DNA from: Camelus dromedarius | Lineage: Eukaryota | Length of the DNA: 64,000 nt | Direction of reading: 5' to 3' | NCBI RefSeq assembly: GCF_036321535.1 | Contig: NC_087436.1 | Span: forward strand, 37,202,001 to 37,266,000 | Shown here: piece by piece, positions 11,989-24,400 of the stretch | Numbering within the stretch: the first letter of the stretch is position 1 | How the letters are laid out: each line of letters starts with the position of its first letter | The notes under the pieces: generated by a model | Told to the model about the DNA's origin: nothing | What the model saw: the letters and a program-made list of their open reading frames with translations, nothing else | Databases searched by the model: none | Made by a program: the position numbers and the translations under genes

Positions 11989-12044
11989 TACTCTGCAGGG
12001 GAAGGGTATTAGAAAAGACTGGTGAGCATGTTCCAAGAGTACCA

Positions 12045-12730
12045 CTTTGCCCTCTCCTCATGGAGGTAGAACATAATTCTCTATTCCTTATGTGTGAGCT
12101 GCACTGAGTGATGGCCTTCCGAAGAGCAGAGTATGGAAAGAAGGGACAAAGGAATTTTACAGTGGAGAAACACATGACAAACACTGCCTCAGCCAGGTAA
12201 TCAAGGTCACCCTCAACAGCGCTAAGTCATGTTGACACTAGGTCCTCTTGATATGATGGGATGAGAATGCCATTTTCCTTCTATGGTCTTGCTCCTCGAA
12301 ACCTGTACTGCCAATCATGAGAAAAGCATTGGAGAGCTTCCAGGGGAGGGGTATCCTATAAAATATCTGAATAGCATCCCTCAAGTTTGTCAAGGTCCTC
12401 GAAAACAAGGGAAGTCTGAGAAACTATCACAGTCAAGAGGAATCTGGGGAGACATGGCAACTAAATATAACGTGGTATCCTGGTGAAATACTGGAAACAG
12501 ACAAAGGTTAAGAGGTAAATACTAAGGAAATCTGAATAGAGAATTGACACTGGTTAATAATGTATCAAGATTGGTTCATTAGTTGTGTCATATGTACCAA
12601 ACCAATATAAGATATTAATTAAAGGGGAAAATGGGTGCAGGATATATGGGAATCCTCTGTTACAATTCTTTGTAACACTAGTGCTATTCTAAAATAAAGA
12701 GTTAGTAAAAAATAAATTAATTAAAAAATT
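12045..12730 (+). mobile_element. L1MC1/2-like 3' UTR
   Basis: ttttacagtggagaaacacatgacaaacactgcctcagccaggtaatcaaggtca...actaaggaaatctgaata...attctaaaataaaga followed by an A-rich tail. Confidence 0.8.
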
Positions 12731-13119
12731 TTAAGTGCCATAGTAATGGAAGAAGAAGAGCAAGCTGGGGTGAGATGAAACCAGTAACAGGGAGAGGACT
12801 GGAGACAGAGCAGATGTACAGGCACATGACCTGGTTGGGAGCTATCTGCCTGGTGGTGCTAATGGTTGTCGAAAATCAATGGCCATTTGAATGTAACAGT
12901 ATCAGTGGCAGGGTAGACTTTCTGAAACCATTTATGAAATTACTATATTTATATTTTATTAAGCTCTTAACTTGGGAAGACAGTGGTCCGTTTTACCAAC
13001 TTACTTTTGAGGGAACTGGCTCTTGATTCTTTTAGAAACTTTTAATACTTAAATATACTTTAGGGGTAGACAAATGTATGAGAAAAACTTTCAAGACAAA
13101 AAAATTCACCTGTGTTCAC

Positions 13120-13122
<3 letters not shown>

Positions 13123-13174
<52 letters not shown>
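13123..13174. repeat. (TA)n microsatellite, about 26 units
   Basis: Directly visible perfect AT repeat. Confidence 0.97.
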
Positions 13175-13177
<3 letters not shown>

Positions 13178-13286
13178 GAGAGTTTACAACAGTGTTTATT
13201 TCTCTTTCTATCTCCAAACCCACAAAATATTTCAGATTGAATAATGGGTTAAAGAACTGTGTAGAAAAAAGAAGGTGTAGTAGATG

Positions 13287-13487
13287 CATTGACCCTTGAA
13301 CAACAGTGGGGGAAGGGGCGCTGACCCTCTGTGCTGTGGAAAATTCACAGATAATTTATAGTCAGCCAGCAGGAGCCTTCACCATGAATCTAAACAAGTC
13401 AAGCAGTACTGTAATATTTACTACTGAAAAAATCTGCATATAAGTGGACTCGCGCAGTTTAAACCCGTGTTGTTCAAGGGCCAACTG
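13287..13487. mobile_element. Tigger2-derived MITE (TcMar-Tigger)
   Basis: TIRs cattgacccttgaacaaca ... tgttgttcaagggccaactg, followed by TA. Confidence 0.88.
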
Positions 13488-13563
13488 TAATGTAGTTCTG
13501 CCTTTGCTGCAGCTTGGTTTCCTAAGTGCATTGTAGATTAGAGACCTGGGTCATCTTACAGTG

Positions 13564-13683
13564 CTCTCTCTCTCTTTCTCTCTCCAGTGTTCTCCCTTCC
13601 TTCTTCTTTCTTTCTCTCTCCTTCCCTCTCTCTTTCTTCTTTCTTCTTCTCTCTTTCTTTCTTTCTCCCTCCCTCTCTCTTTC
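13564..13683. repeat. (CT)n / CTT-rich polypyrimidine tract
   Basis: Directly visible. Confidence 0.85.
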
Positions 13684-13849
13684 ATGGTGTAACCATATGT
13701 AGAATCCTCAGGTACCCAATCAGAACAAGAGAAGTGGAACTACATAGGATCTCAAATTCATACTTACAGTGATGAGAAAGGCCCGGAGCCCCTAACCTCC
13801 TAGCTTGTCTCATGTACTGTCATTACATAAATGCTCTCAGGTGCCAGTT

Positions 13850-14110
13850 ATATCTCTAGCTCTGACCTTTTCACTGAGGTTGAAAGCATAGATCCACCTG
13901 CCTGCTTGTTGTTCCCATTAGACCATTTACCTCCAAACCTGATCCTCTCTGTCTTTCCTAACACAGTAAATAGCACTTTTACTCATCTGTAACCATTTTC
14001 CACCGACCAGCCGACCAGGGTGATCTTTTAAAACACAAGGACGTCATGCCACTTTGCTATTTAAAAACCTTCCAATGGCTTCCCCTACAATTAGAATAAA
14101 ATACAGTCAG
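13850..14110 (+). mobile_element. LINE-2 fragment
   Basis: ccagggtgatcttttaaaacaca...tcatgccactttgctatttaaaaaccttccaatggcttccc. Confidence 0.7.
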
Positions 14111-14184
14111 TTCTACAGTTCTACCACATTGCTTGCTTTGAAGAAGTGGCAGCTGTGTGAAGGAACAATTTGAGCATAATGTGA

Positions 14185-14475
14185 GTTTCACGCTCGCTTG
14201 TTGTGAAAACTACCAGGTGAATGCAGGAACTGCACCCAGTGAATGGGGCACAGGTGCGCGCACCTCAATTACCCAGCAGCCACCCCAGCTCCTCGAGGGC
14301 TGGGAGCCACGCCCCTGCGCAACAGGTGCTGCCACTCTGGGCGGGGCTACAGGTAACCCTCTTTCTGCGCTTGCGGGAAGAACGCCGCACTGTGAGGCTG
14401 TGAGCTTCCGGAGGGACGGACGGACGGACGCCCGCTGCTTCCACCAGCAAACTTAGGGTCTTTTTCAAGGTAAAG
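14185..14475 (+). promoter_or_regulatory. Candidate CpG-rich internal promoter / first exon with 5' splice donor
   Basis: Local CpG cluster; KLF/SP GCCACGCCCC 14306-14315; GC box GGGCGGGGC 14339-14347; NRF1-like TGCGCTTGCG 14366-14375; ETS-like CTTCCGG 14405-14411; CAGGTG at 14214, 14251 and 14323; donor AAG|gtaaag after 14469. Confidence 0.5.
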
Positions 14476-15730
14476 TAACATAGTTATTGTAGTATCTTTG
14501 TACTTAATTATTGAAAATATGCAAAATATGCTGTTTTATTAGGTTTCTATCATTTTTTAAAGTGTGACACATTTTTTGAGATTTTGTCTTCAGCCCTGTG
14601 TTTCCCCCTATGCCTTGTGGGTTTTACTGTGGGATTTTGCACAGCATTTTGGTTTTTAGAAACACAGATGTTGTAGTACGGCAGAATTACTGCACACATT
14701 TCCTTCCTTCTAAAGACCTGCATGTTGGCTTCGGCTTGTCCGTCCACCCTCGTCTCACACCGCTCTGCCTTCGGCTCACAGAGCTTCAGGTTCGTCCCAC
14801 TCAGGGCCTGGAGCACCAGACTTCGTCTTTCTGCCTGGGAACTCATTCTCCAGTTCTTGTCATGGCTGGTTCCACTGCTTTCTTCCGGTTTTAACCTCAA
14901 CGCCCCATTTTTAGATTGGCCCGTGTCAACCACTTTATCTGCTCTGACACCCCGAAAATCTGATGTGTCTCTTACATTGCCTTGTTTATTCCTTTCGTTG
15001 AATTTATCACAATCTGAAATTATCTGAAACATGTGATTAGTTCCTTTTTCTGTTCACTAAATTGTAAGGTCCTTAAGGAAACTTTTTTTAAATGTCTGTC
15101 AGCTTTAACAAGTTCTCATACACTTAATTTTTTTTAGTGAATTATTGAATGGAAGGAAATGAACATTTCATCATCATCTTGCTCTACCATAAATGCTTTT
15201 ACCAAAAATGCTCTTATATTTGAGCTATAAACTCATGTCAGAAAAATTTTTAGACGTGTACTGAGAATCATCCTCCAAGTTTTCTCCAGAGGGAACTGCC
15301 ACATTTTACTAGAGTGAATAAACACTGGGAAAAAGGAAATAACCAGATTTTTGTAGGATTACTACACATTGGCTCTGAATTGATGCTAAATACAGGGGAA
15401 CCAAAATAGCACCAGTGTTTTGGTCCTCTAGTCAAAGTAGGGTGTATGGTTGTCAAGTGATACATAGGGGTTTTTGGCCCAAATGTAAATTACTGTGGGC
15501 TCAGTAGGTCTGCAGACTCCTGTCGTTATTTCCTAAATTACTGTTTGATTTGAATAGGCATCCTTGAGGAATCGTCACACAGCTTTTCTGACTTGTGAAG
15601 TAAAGATATTAAGTAGGAAGGACTGCATGGTTGCCCCTAGGACTTCCCCTTCCTGCCAGGATGGTAAATAAAAGTAATACTACACATCTGGAGAAATTGC
15701 AGGGATTATTGGCACTTTCAAAGACTTGGA

Positions 15731-15857
15731 GGGGAGGGCAGGGCTCAGTGGTAGAGCACATGCTTAGCATGCACAAGGTCCTGGGTTCAATCCCCAGTAC
15801 CTCCGTTAAAAAAAATAAATAAACCTAATTACCTCTCCCCCCAATTTATTTTTTAAA
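15731..15857 (+). mobile_element. Vic-1-type tRNA-Ala SINE
   Basis: ggggagggcagggctcagtggtagagcacatgcttagcatgcacaaggtcctgggttcaatccccagtacctcc + A-rich linker + aacctaattacctc tail. Confidence 0.93.
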
Positions 15858-15915
15858 CAAGCTCGGAAGATGCAGGTATAATGATATGAATGATGTCTAT
15901 TTAATTTGCTTGTTT

Positions 15916-17054
15916 GGATCTTGGAGAATAACTGTGGAATATCATACATTTAATCAGTTATTGACTTCATTTGCAACTGCTGTGCTCAATATGTGGCATC
16001 TTCACTGAACCAAATCAACATTGACCCTGGTGCCTGGTGTGTAGCTATTGACCTGGAAAATGCTTTGTTTCCCCTCCATATTAATTTGCAAGAATCACAA
16101 AAGTAGCTTGCTTTTGCCCAGTAGGACCTGTAATACACTTTTGCAGTTCTACCTCAGGGCTATGTTAATTTTCTTATTTTCCATCATAATATCTTCCATA
16201 GAGATCATCTTGACATTTTAAACAGCATCACATTTCTCCAGTGATGGTGGAGGTGATACGTTGATACTATGCTTATTACCTCTGATGAGCAGGAAATGGC
16301 AAGTTATTTAGATGCCTTAGTAAGACATAAGCAAAAGAAAGAGTGGGTTATAAACCCACGAAAATTTAGAGACCCACTAAATCAGCTCAGCAGAATTTCT
16401 GAGATACCACCACAAGGGTGAAGGGCAAGTTGCTGCACCTTGTATTACCAAGTAACAAAAAGAGGCACAGGGCTAGGTAGGCCTTTTTAGATTTTGGAGG
16501 TAACATGTATCATATCTGAATGTTTATTACCTATTATTGCCTTCAGCAATGAAATTTTTGTTCCCCCTGGAAGATAGGAAATCCTGACTAGCTGAGCCCC
16601 TGACTGAGGACAAAGAAAACATAAATGAGGTGTAGGGTAAAGGGGTTATAAATAGCAATCAACGCTGCATTACAGAAATGAGGTTAGCAGCAGCTGTATA
16701 AATATATTCTTTCTTGGTATATGTGTATACATATACATAGACACTTTCCTTTATTTCCCTTTTATTTAGAATCTTATGCAAATTTTTTAGAGGTAAACTT
16801 TAGTCTTTGGATAACAGACTATTTACATGAGGCTGTGACTGAATTTGAGGTATAATTAACATAACTTAGGGATACAATGACAGTTAGGACTTTGCACCTC
16901 CAAATTTTGGGGAGAGGATGAAAATGCCTTCATTTGTCTAAAGGATAGTTCTGTCATATTAGGGACAAATATGGAGTTCTTTTTGTTGCTGTATGAACGT
17001 TCAACTATTTGTAGAACAAGTGTGAATGGATGCTGAGTAGCCAAAGGGGTAGAT
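15916..17054 (+). mobile_element. ERVL internal remnant (decayed pol RT region and 3' internal sequence, ending in a polypurine tract)
   Basis: Decayed ERVL RT motifs: ggatcttggagaataactgtg (GSWRITV), gctattgacctggaaaatgct (AIDLENA), gttctacctcagggctatgttaat (VLPQGYVN); PPT agccaaaggggtaga at ~17039-17053. Confidence 0.85.
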
Positions 17055-17753
17055 TTCACCAATGATTCAGCTACTGGGTCTCAGGTCCAAATCCACCCTT
17101 CATACTCTGCTCAGTGATATTAGGGCTGAATTCTGCAAACAGGATTTCTTTGCCAGCTGGCTCTCTGTTAGATCCTGACAAAGGGGGCACTAGAGAGAAC
17201 TACAAAGCTGAAGGAGAAAGAAGAAAGGAGGTTCTTCCCCTTTTTTTGTTAGTTCTGGTTCTTATCAGTATCACAACCATCTTGTTTCTGCAGTCTGACA
17301 GTGGCACTCCATTCTTACAGAAGCAACTGAATCCAGTTTGCAGATTTTCCCACTTTTGCAGAATTAGGTCTCATTGTGCCCCTTCAGGACACTGGGAGCT
17401 GTCATTAAACATCCCTTCTGAGAAGTCTGAAGCCTTGCTCCATGGAAACCCTCCTCCAAACTAAGAGACATCTGCTCCAGCTGACAAACATCCTTTTTCC
17501 AGAGATCTGAGTATCAGCTACGTGGAGCTCCTCATTCAAAGTTCTAATTTTAATAGTTCTGACTTCTTCCTTTTGTTGTCCTAACCCTAGGGGTGGTAGC
17601 TGCTTCCAGTAGTTGTTAGTTTCATGACACCTTATTGTTCTTTAACTTTTTTGAGGCTCTTGTTTTTTAGTTAAAACAAAATTCTTCTAATTTAATTCTT
17701 TATGCTAAACCCTCTGTTAAAGTAATGTACGTGATTTTTTTTGTCTCCTTACA
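17055..17753 (+). mobile_element. ERVL 3' LTR, LTR41-like
   Basis: tccaaatccacccttcatactctgc...tgccagctggctctctgttag...agggggcactagag...ccctaggggtggtagctgcttcc; lies immediately after the PPT. Confidence 0.75.
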
Positions 17754-18241
17754 AAGAGCCATAAAGCAGTACATAATAACCAATACCATATTCACTAATT
17801 TTAACACTGACATAGATGTCTTAAAAAAATTCAGAGACCTTAATTGAACAGTCCTTGTGAATTTATATTACTCAAACCATTTATTTGTACATGCATCTTC
17901 CTGTTGTCAGCCCCTTGGAGATATGTGCTGTTCATTATCACCTGGTTTCCAAGCAAAGGAGAATTTTAATTGATACAGTTGGTCTTTCTTGTCAATCTTC
18001 CAGATTTTCCAAATGGAATCATTCAAAAAGAACTGAATTAGAGTTGGGTCTATCTATGCTGACTTAGGTCAAAGAAGAAACACGCTAATCTGATGTATCG
18101 CTGAACATTGTTTTTGTCTTTGATCTTTTAGAACCAATAGAATAAAATAACATCTGTTGCTTCTGAGAAGCCATGCTAACTGAACACTGTTGTTTGAAAC
18201 TCAAGGACAAAGTTTTCTTATATTTACTTTACCTTGATCAG

Positions 18242-18277
18242 CATTGTTAAAACAAGAGAACCAAAGCGCGCACGATG
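18242..18277 (+). other. Candidate 36-nt exon of an unidentified + strand host gene
   Basis: Acceptor ttttcttatatttactttaccttgatcag, consensus donor ATG|gtaagt, non-repeat context with retained CpGs; open in two phases (xLLKQENQSAHD or xIVKTREPKRAR); alternative acceptor ttttgtctttgatcttttag ending 18131. Confidence 0.45.
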
Positions 18278-19962
18278 GTAAGTATACAGAGCAGGTCAAC
18301 CTGAGGACGGGGAGGGGAGCCTGTGATTGAGGCTTACTCCCAGTTTACCCCATGACATAGACTATGCCAACAAAACTATTCCAGTCCCCCAGTCATTGAT
18401 GTGCTGAGGATTTAGACGTTCTCATATTGTGTTTATGGGTAGGAGTTTACAGAGTCTAGGAAAGGCAGGAGCTGACACTCTTCAAGCTGTTAACGAACAG
18501 ACTAGGTCAGAACCCCTGAAGCTGTTCTGTTTTAGGAAATTTCTTTCTTAGCCTCGAATTGTCGTATCAACTAGTAGGTCTTTATTTCATAGCTCCTATA
18601 TGTCAGGCCTGCTAGATGCTATCATGGCTGGAGCACGAAGATGAACCCTGACTGCTACATCCATGGAACTTGAACTAAAAGGGACCTAAGCACATGGGTA
18701 GCAGTTATCAGATTTGGTCTGCCAGTTTTCTGACTCATCTTTAAAATTATAACTGAAAACTGAGCATGAGATAGGGAGATTGACCAGTTTATGCTTCTAG
18801 CCTGCCTTCCTCCTTACCTTTTCCTGCCAGCTCTCCTGAAGGGTTATGTTTGTACCAGCCAGACTCTGAAGCAGAATCAGGAAAATGGAGGGATGGGAAA
18901 ACAATTGGAGTCTCTGAAAGAACCAAGGAAAGTGGCAGAGATTTTGAAAAGAGATACACAGGCAGAGATTAGAACACGTGTTGAGGTTTGGTTATGAAAG
19001 GTGGTGGATGGAGCATCTGTGGAATGAGAGATTTGGAGAGAGGAGGAAATGGGTATTTGAGAAGCATTATTGTGAGTTGTAAGTTCAGCATCGCTTCGTG
19101 TTCTTGGATGCGTGTAAAGATGTGAGTTCTGTTGAATATGCTTCTGGTTTCTGAACTGTGCTTTTCTGTCTGTGACTTTATGCAAGGACTGGCCTATATG
19201 GGTACTGACTTTTGGGGTTTCATATGGGTTACCATTAACTCATCTCCATACATTATTTTGCTCAGTCAGGAAGCACCAGACCAGCATATGGAATTTCTGT
19301 TATTTAGGGTATATCGTTCAGTGGTGGTTTAAGTTTCAGTTGTAACTTAGTGTCTCTCTTTCTGTTTTCAATTCACTATAATACAAATAGGTTCTCTGAG
19401 AACTTTTAGTCAAGTTAGGGCAAGGGTTTTGCATACACAGTAAGCAAGGATTTTTAGTTTTTGTTTTTGTTTTTTGAAATCTACAAACCAACCTTATGTG
19501 GCTGGTAACCCACTGCTCAGGGCAGTCTAAGGGCTCTGTGCTAGAACTTCATGTGGTAGCAAAGCTCTTTGGCCAACCTCTGATATTCCCATTGATTTTG
19601 TCATTTTCTGGCAAATGGCATTTTTAAAATAATCCCCTGTGTTTCTGAATATCCAGATTCTGCCTTGTCTCCAGTTTAAATTATCTGACACTTTTATTAC
19701 CGTAGCTACAGTTACTGCTGCTGCTGACTCCATTACCTAACATGGTTGGCTGACTTTTACAACTGCTTCCAGTGTTTCAGGTACTGAGCGAGGTGCCCTG
19801 CATATTACCTCATGTAAGACTCTAACTGTGTAACTTTCATCCATAAGATTTATATTTCATTTAATCCATAATTGTCCCTGCAGGGTAGGTATTTTGAACT
19901 GTTTTAACTCTGGAAATTCCCACCTGCTTTATTTGTTTCACGGTTAATGCATATGAAAACTA

Positions 19963-21595
19963 GTTTTTTAAAACACATAATATAAAAGTTACCATTTTAA
20001 CCATTTTAAGATGTATAATTCAGTAACATTAAGTACATTCACAGTGTGGTACAGCCATGACCTCTATACATTTCCAGGGCTCTGCATCAGCCCAAACAGA
20101 ATTTCTGTACGTATTAAACAGTAACTTCTCATTCCCCTCTTCACTCAACCCCTGGAAACCTTTATTCTACTTTCTATCTCTTTGACTTTGATTACTCTAG
20201 TGTATTAGTCAGGGTTTTCCTAAGAAACAGAACCAACCAAGGAGATATACACACACATATATATATATCTTAATATATATACTTATATATAAATACTTGT
20301 ATTTGTAAGAGGAGATTTATTATAAGAGTTGGCTCATGTGGTTGTGAAGGCTAAGGAATTCCAAGATCTGTTGTCTACAAGATGGAGAACCAGGAAAGCT
20401 GGTGGTGTAATTTAGTTCAAGTTCAAAGTCCTGAGAATTGGGCTGCCAATGGTGTAAGTTCTAGTCTGAGTTCAAAAGCTTGAGAACCAGGAGCACCATG
20501 TCCAAGGGCAGGAGAAGGTGAATGTCTCATCTTAAGCAGAGGTAGTGAATTTATCTTTCTTCTGCCTTTTTATTTTGTCAGGCCTTCAAGGGATTGGATG
20601 ATCCTAACCAAATCGAGGAGGGCTGTCTTCTTTACACAGCCTACTGATTCAAATAATAGTTTTTTTCACAGACATACCCAGAAACAGTGTTTTTCCAGCT
20701 CTCTGGGCAGCTCTTAGCCCAGTCAAGTTGACACATAAAATCAACCATCTCGTCTGGTACCTCATATAAATGAAATCACAGTACTTACTCTTTTGTGTCT
20801 GCTTATTTCACTTAGCATAGTGTTTATAAAGTTCATCCATGTTGGGGCATATTATCATAATTTCATTCCTTCTTAAGGTAAAATGAAGTTCCATTGTGTG
20901 TGTGTATGTATATACGTACATGTGTGTGTATCTATATCTGTATTACATTTTGCTCATCTTTGAGTTGTTGGGTTATTTCCACTGCTTGGCTATAGTGAAT
21001 AATGCTGCTTCTGTACAAACACCTGTCTGAGTCACTACTTTCAATCTTGTAGGCAGGTACCTAGTAGTGGATCAGCAGCTCATATGATAGCTCTATTTTT
21101 ACCTTTCTGAAGAATCTCTGTATTCCATAGTGGCTACACCATTTTACATATTCCCACTGGCAATGCACAAATGTTCCATTTTCTCCACATCCTCAGCAAT
21201 CTTGTTATTTTTGTGTGTGTTATTTTGATAATAGACATTCTGATAGGTGTGAAGTAGTATCTTACTGTGGTTTTGAATTCCATTCTCCTAATGACGAGTG
21301 ATGTTGAACGTCTTTTCATGTGTTTATTGGCTATTGGTAGGTCGTCTTTGGAGAAATGTCTATTCAGGTCCTTTCTACATTTTTGAACTGAGTTGTTTGC
21401 TATTTTGTTGTTGAGTTGTAGTTCTTTATATATTCTGAATATTAATACCTTGTAAGAGAGATGATTTGCAATTATTTTTTCCTCTCCTGAGGGTCATCTT
21501 TTCACTCTTAAGAGTAGCCTTTGATGAATAAAACTTAATTTTGATAAAATCCAATTTATCTAGATTTTCTTCTGTTTCCTGTGCTTTTGGGGTCT
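19963..21595 (-). mobile_element. L1MB-type element (3' UTR and ORF2 end), interrupted by MLT2
   Basis: ttaccattttaaccattttaag...tataattcagtaacattaagtacattcacagtg; ORF2 C-terminal-like [28 protein letters not shown]. Confidence 0.85.
20201..20752 (-). mobile_element. ERVL solo LTR, MLT2B/D-like
   Basis: tgtattagtcagggttttcc...agaaacagaaccaa ... cccagtcaagttgacacataaaatcaaccatc; 5-bp TSD tctag/tctgg. Confidence 0.88.
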
Positions 21596-21899
21596 AGAGC
21601 CAGGTTTTAAAGCTTGGTTGGGTTTTTTTCCTAAAACTCAGATCATCACTCACATATAGAAATGGATTTGGAAATAGGAATTTATTTTGATCAAAAAAAA
21701 ATTGGGTACAACTTTAATAGTACACTTGACTAAAGAGGAAAAGCTCCATGTGTTCAGGTGGGTTCCTTCAACTCCCTTCTCATTATAAAGGTATTTGCTT
21801 TAGACTTTGCCTATCATGGTATATGTAAATGAGTCTATGAGAATCTAATGGAATACTCTCAACTAGATTCATTCACTCTATAAGCTCTCTCAGCCAATT

Positions 21900-22280
21900 T
21901 GGGACTTGCAAACATTTGCTAATAGAAGAAATTTCGAAATCAAGTGGTTTAAATAAGATAGGGAGCTTGCTTTCCTCTCACATGGCCTGAAGGCTGGAAT
22001 TAGCCAGTCTTGGACTGAATGGGTAACTCCAGACTTACTTTCTGTTACTCAGTCATTACCTTGTTGCTTCATCTTCAAGACCACTCCACTATCACAATGG
22101 GCCTCTAGTAATTGCATCTGCATTCTAGAGGGATGCAAGGGGAAAAGAAAAATAACCCTTTTAAGTGAGTCAACCCTGTTTAAAGAACTTTCCCAGAAGC
22201 TCCACCCAATAACTTTATGTTCCACAGGCCATATCAGCAAGGGAGGCTGGGGGATATGGGACAGTAGTTAATTGTTAGCC
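21900..22280 (-). mobile_element. Old MaLR LTR (MLT1J/K-like)
   Basis: agtggtttaaataagatagg...tttcctctcacat...tttcccagaagctccacccaataactt...cagcaagggaggctggg. Confidence 0.6.
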
Positions 22281-24145
22281 AAGCTTATTGCTGCTGTTAC
22301 TGACATTTTCTGGTGCTCTGTATAAAATTTGGACTTCTCAAATTATTACTCCTGGGTTGTTGATACCATATATATATTTTTTGTATGAAAGCATGTGTAT
22401 TGAATAGCTATCTGGACTCCTCTTAGGAAAGAAAGTCATTTTTCTCGGCCATTCTTGCTAAGCCTCAAATAAAATGTCCACAAATAATAGTACTCTATGC
22501 TATCTCAACAATAGAGTCGTTCATTGCAACAGATATTGGGTAGGCAGTTAGCAATCTTTTTATACCTCTTAGAGAGTAATGTCATCTCAAGATCCCTGGT
22601 TGTTTTGATTCAGCTTTCTCTAGCCACACAACCAAAATATTACTTTCCTTCTCTCTTCTGTTATCCAATTGTCTCTTTTAAAAATTAATTTCTACATTAT
22701 GTACTACAATGCACAATGTACAGATTGTCTTTAAAACAATTTTCTTTCTTCTTTTTCCCAGTTGAAATATGTAAGCCACTCAGTTTCATTCTTTAATCGT
22801 TCCTGACTTAATCCTGAATTATCTACGTGGATCAACTCAATGTAGGTTGATGGCGTTCTCATAGCATTAGTGAAATATACCTACAAAGTAGGTCGATAAG
22901 AACTCTAACTCAGCTTAAAAGGAAGAATAATGGATTTTAAGAATAGAAGTGTGTCTTTATTTTTAAATATCTGTTAAGGGTCAGAAAGCAGAAGCATTGT
23001 TTTTATCCTTTCAAGTTTGTCAGAAGTCTGAATAATGGTTTGAAAAAGTAATTTCCCACCTCCTCTCACTCTCTCCAGCTCACTGTACTTTCTTGTTTGC
23101 ACAAAGGCTCAGATCAGTTCTAATTTGAAAAGTTCTGGTCTTGGGTGGGAATTATATAGGTATCTCACTCAGAAGGTCTTAGTACCAAACTCCATTCTTT
23201 ATGTGGTACTCTGTTTCCTTATGTTTTGAGCAAGGACGTTTACTAGAACCCTAGCAAGACTTATAGCCTGAGTTACTGTTTGTTTTGTTGTCTGATCTGA
23301 ATTCCTGCCTTTGTCTCTTTAAACTAACTGTACCCAAATCTTACTCTCTGAGTTTGCTGATTTCCTTGAATTTCGTCCATGAGGAAATGACCCTTGACTT
23401 GATTTTCGTGTGAATTATATATGTTTGGTTTTGTTGAGTGTTTAATATATTGTGCTCTTACATTGAGGTTTTTTTCCCTGTAATACATTTCTAGGTCAGA
23501 GTAAAGTTTTAAGTGAACCTGCATGGTAATTTTGTGACTGTCTATGGTTGTTTTTAAAATGGGTTTGCTCTTGTTTTAATTTTTTGTATTGTTTTGTTTT
23601 CAGCTTTATGTGGAGCAAAGAAAATAGATTAAAGCAAAAATTTTACTAAATTTTGTAGACCTTCTAGTTTTTTGACTCTAAAGATTCTCCTTGACTCTTA
23701 CTTCCTTCTGTTTACATCTCTTTTCTGGTATGTTTTAATTATCCCAATAAACAGGCCATAACATGGCAAGATCTTTTCATCGTAGTCTTCTATTTTTCTA
23801 ACTTTTGATTTTTTTTCTTCTTTATCCTGAAGAGCTTCTACCAAGGTTTCTAAATATTGTCTGGCTCTGTAAGAACTCAAACATTTTATGTATGTATGTA
23901 TGTCTTTAGTAGTTTAAATGTTTATTTTTTATTGTGGTAAGAACACTTAACATGAAATCTACCTTAACAATTTTTTTCCATTTTTAGTGACATAGTTTTC
24001 TTTTAAATGTCACAAGCAATACATGTTCATTGCAGAAAACTAGAAATGCATGAAAGCATAAAATAAAAAATAACAATCACCTGAAATTTTCAATCTCAGA
24101 TAACCAGCATTAGCATTTTGATGCATTTCCTCCCAGTGTCCACAT

Positions 24146-24400
24146 ATTTTTTATTGAAGTATAATTGACCTGCAATAGTTAGTTCCAGTGCACACATAGT
24201 GGTTTGATACTTCTGTATATTACAAAATGATCACCATGATATATAGTCATCATCTGTCACCGTACAATGATATACAATATAAATGACTGTACTCACCATA
24301 CTGTACATTTCATCCACATGATTCAGTTTATTTTGTAACTAGAAGTTTGTACCCCTTTTAATCTCCCTCACGCATTTCATTCATCCCCACACCCCTCCCG
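24146..24400 (-). mobile_element. Short L1 3' UTR fragment
   Basis: ttttttattgaagtataattgac...tttattttgtaactagaagtttgtacc. Confidence 0.75.

Noticed and set aside
14550..15032. 160-aa minus-strand ORF next to the candidate promoter
   Set aside because: It overlaps L2-like decayed sequence and shows no recognisable protein similarity.
15731..15805. tRNA-Ala gene
   Set aside because: It has the SINE A-rich linker and aacctaattacctc tail and an altered 5' end, and similar dispersed copies with TSDs occur in the window.
17177..17192. CTCF site of the LTR41-like LTR (gacaaagggggcacta)
   Set aside because: The GGGGGC core is present, but the 5' half appears to have a substitution and a 1-nt deletion relative to the recalled motif, so it is probably non-functional.
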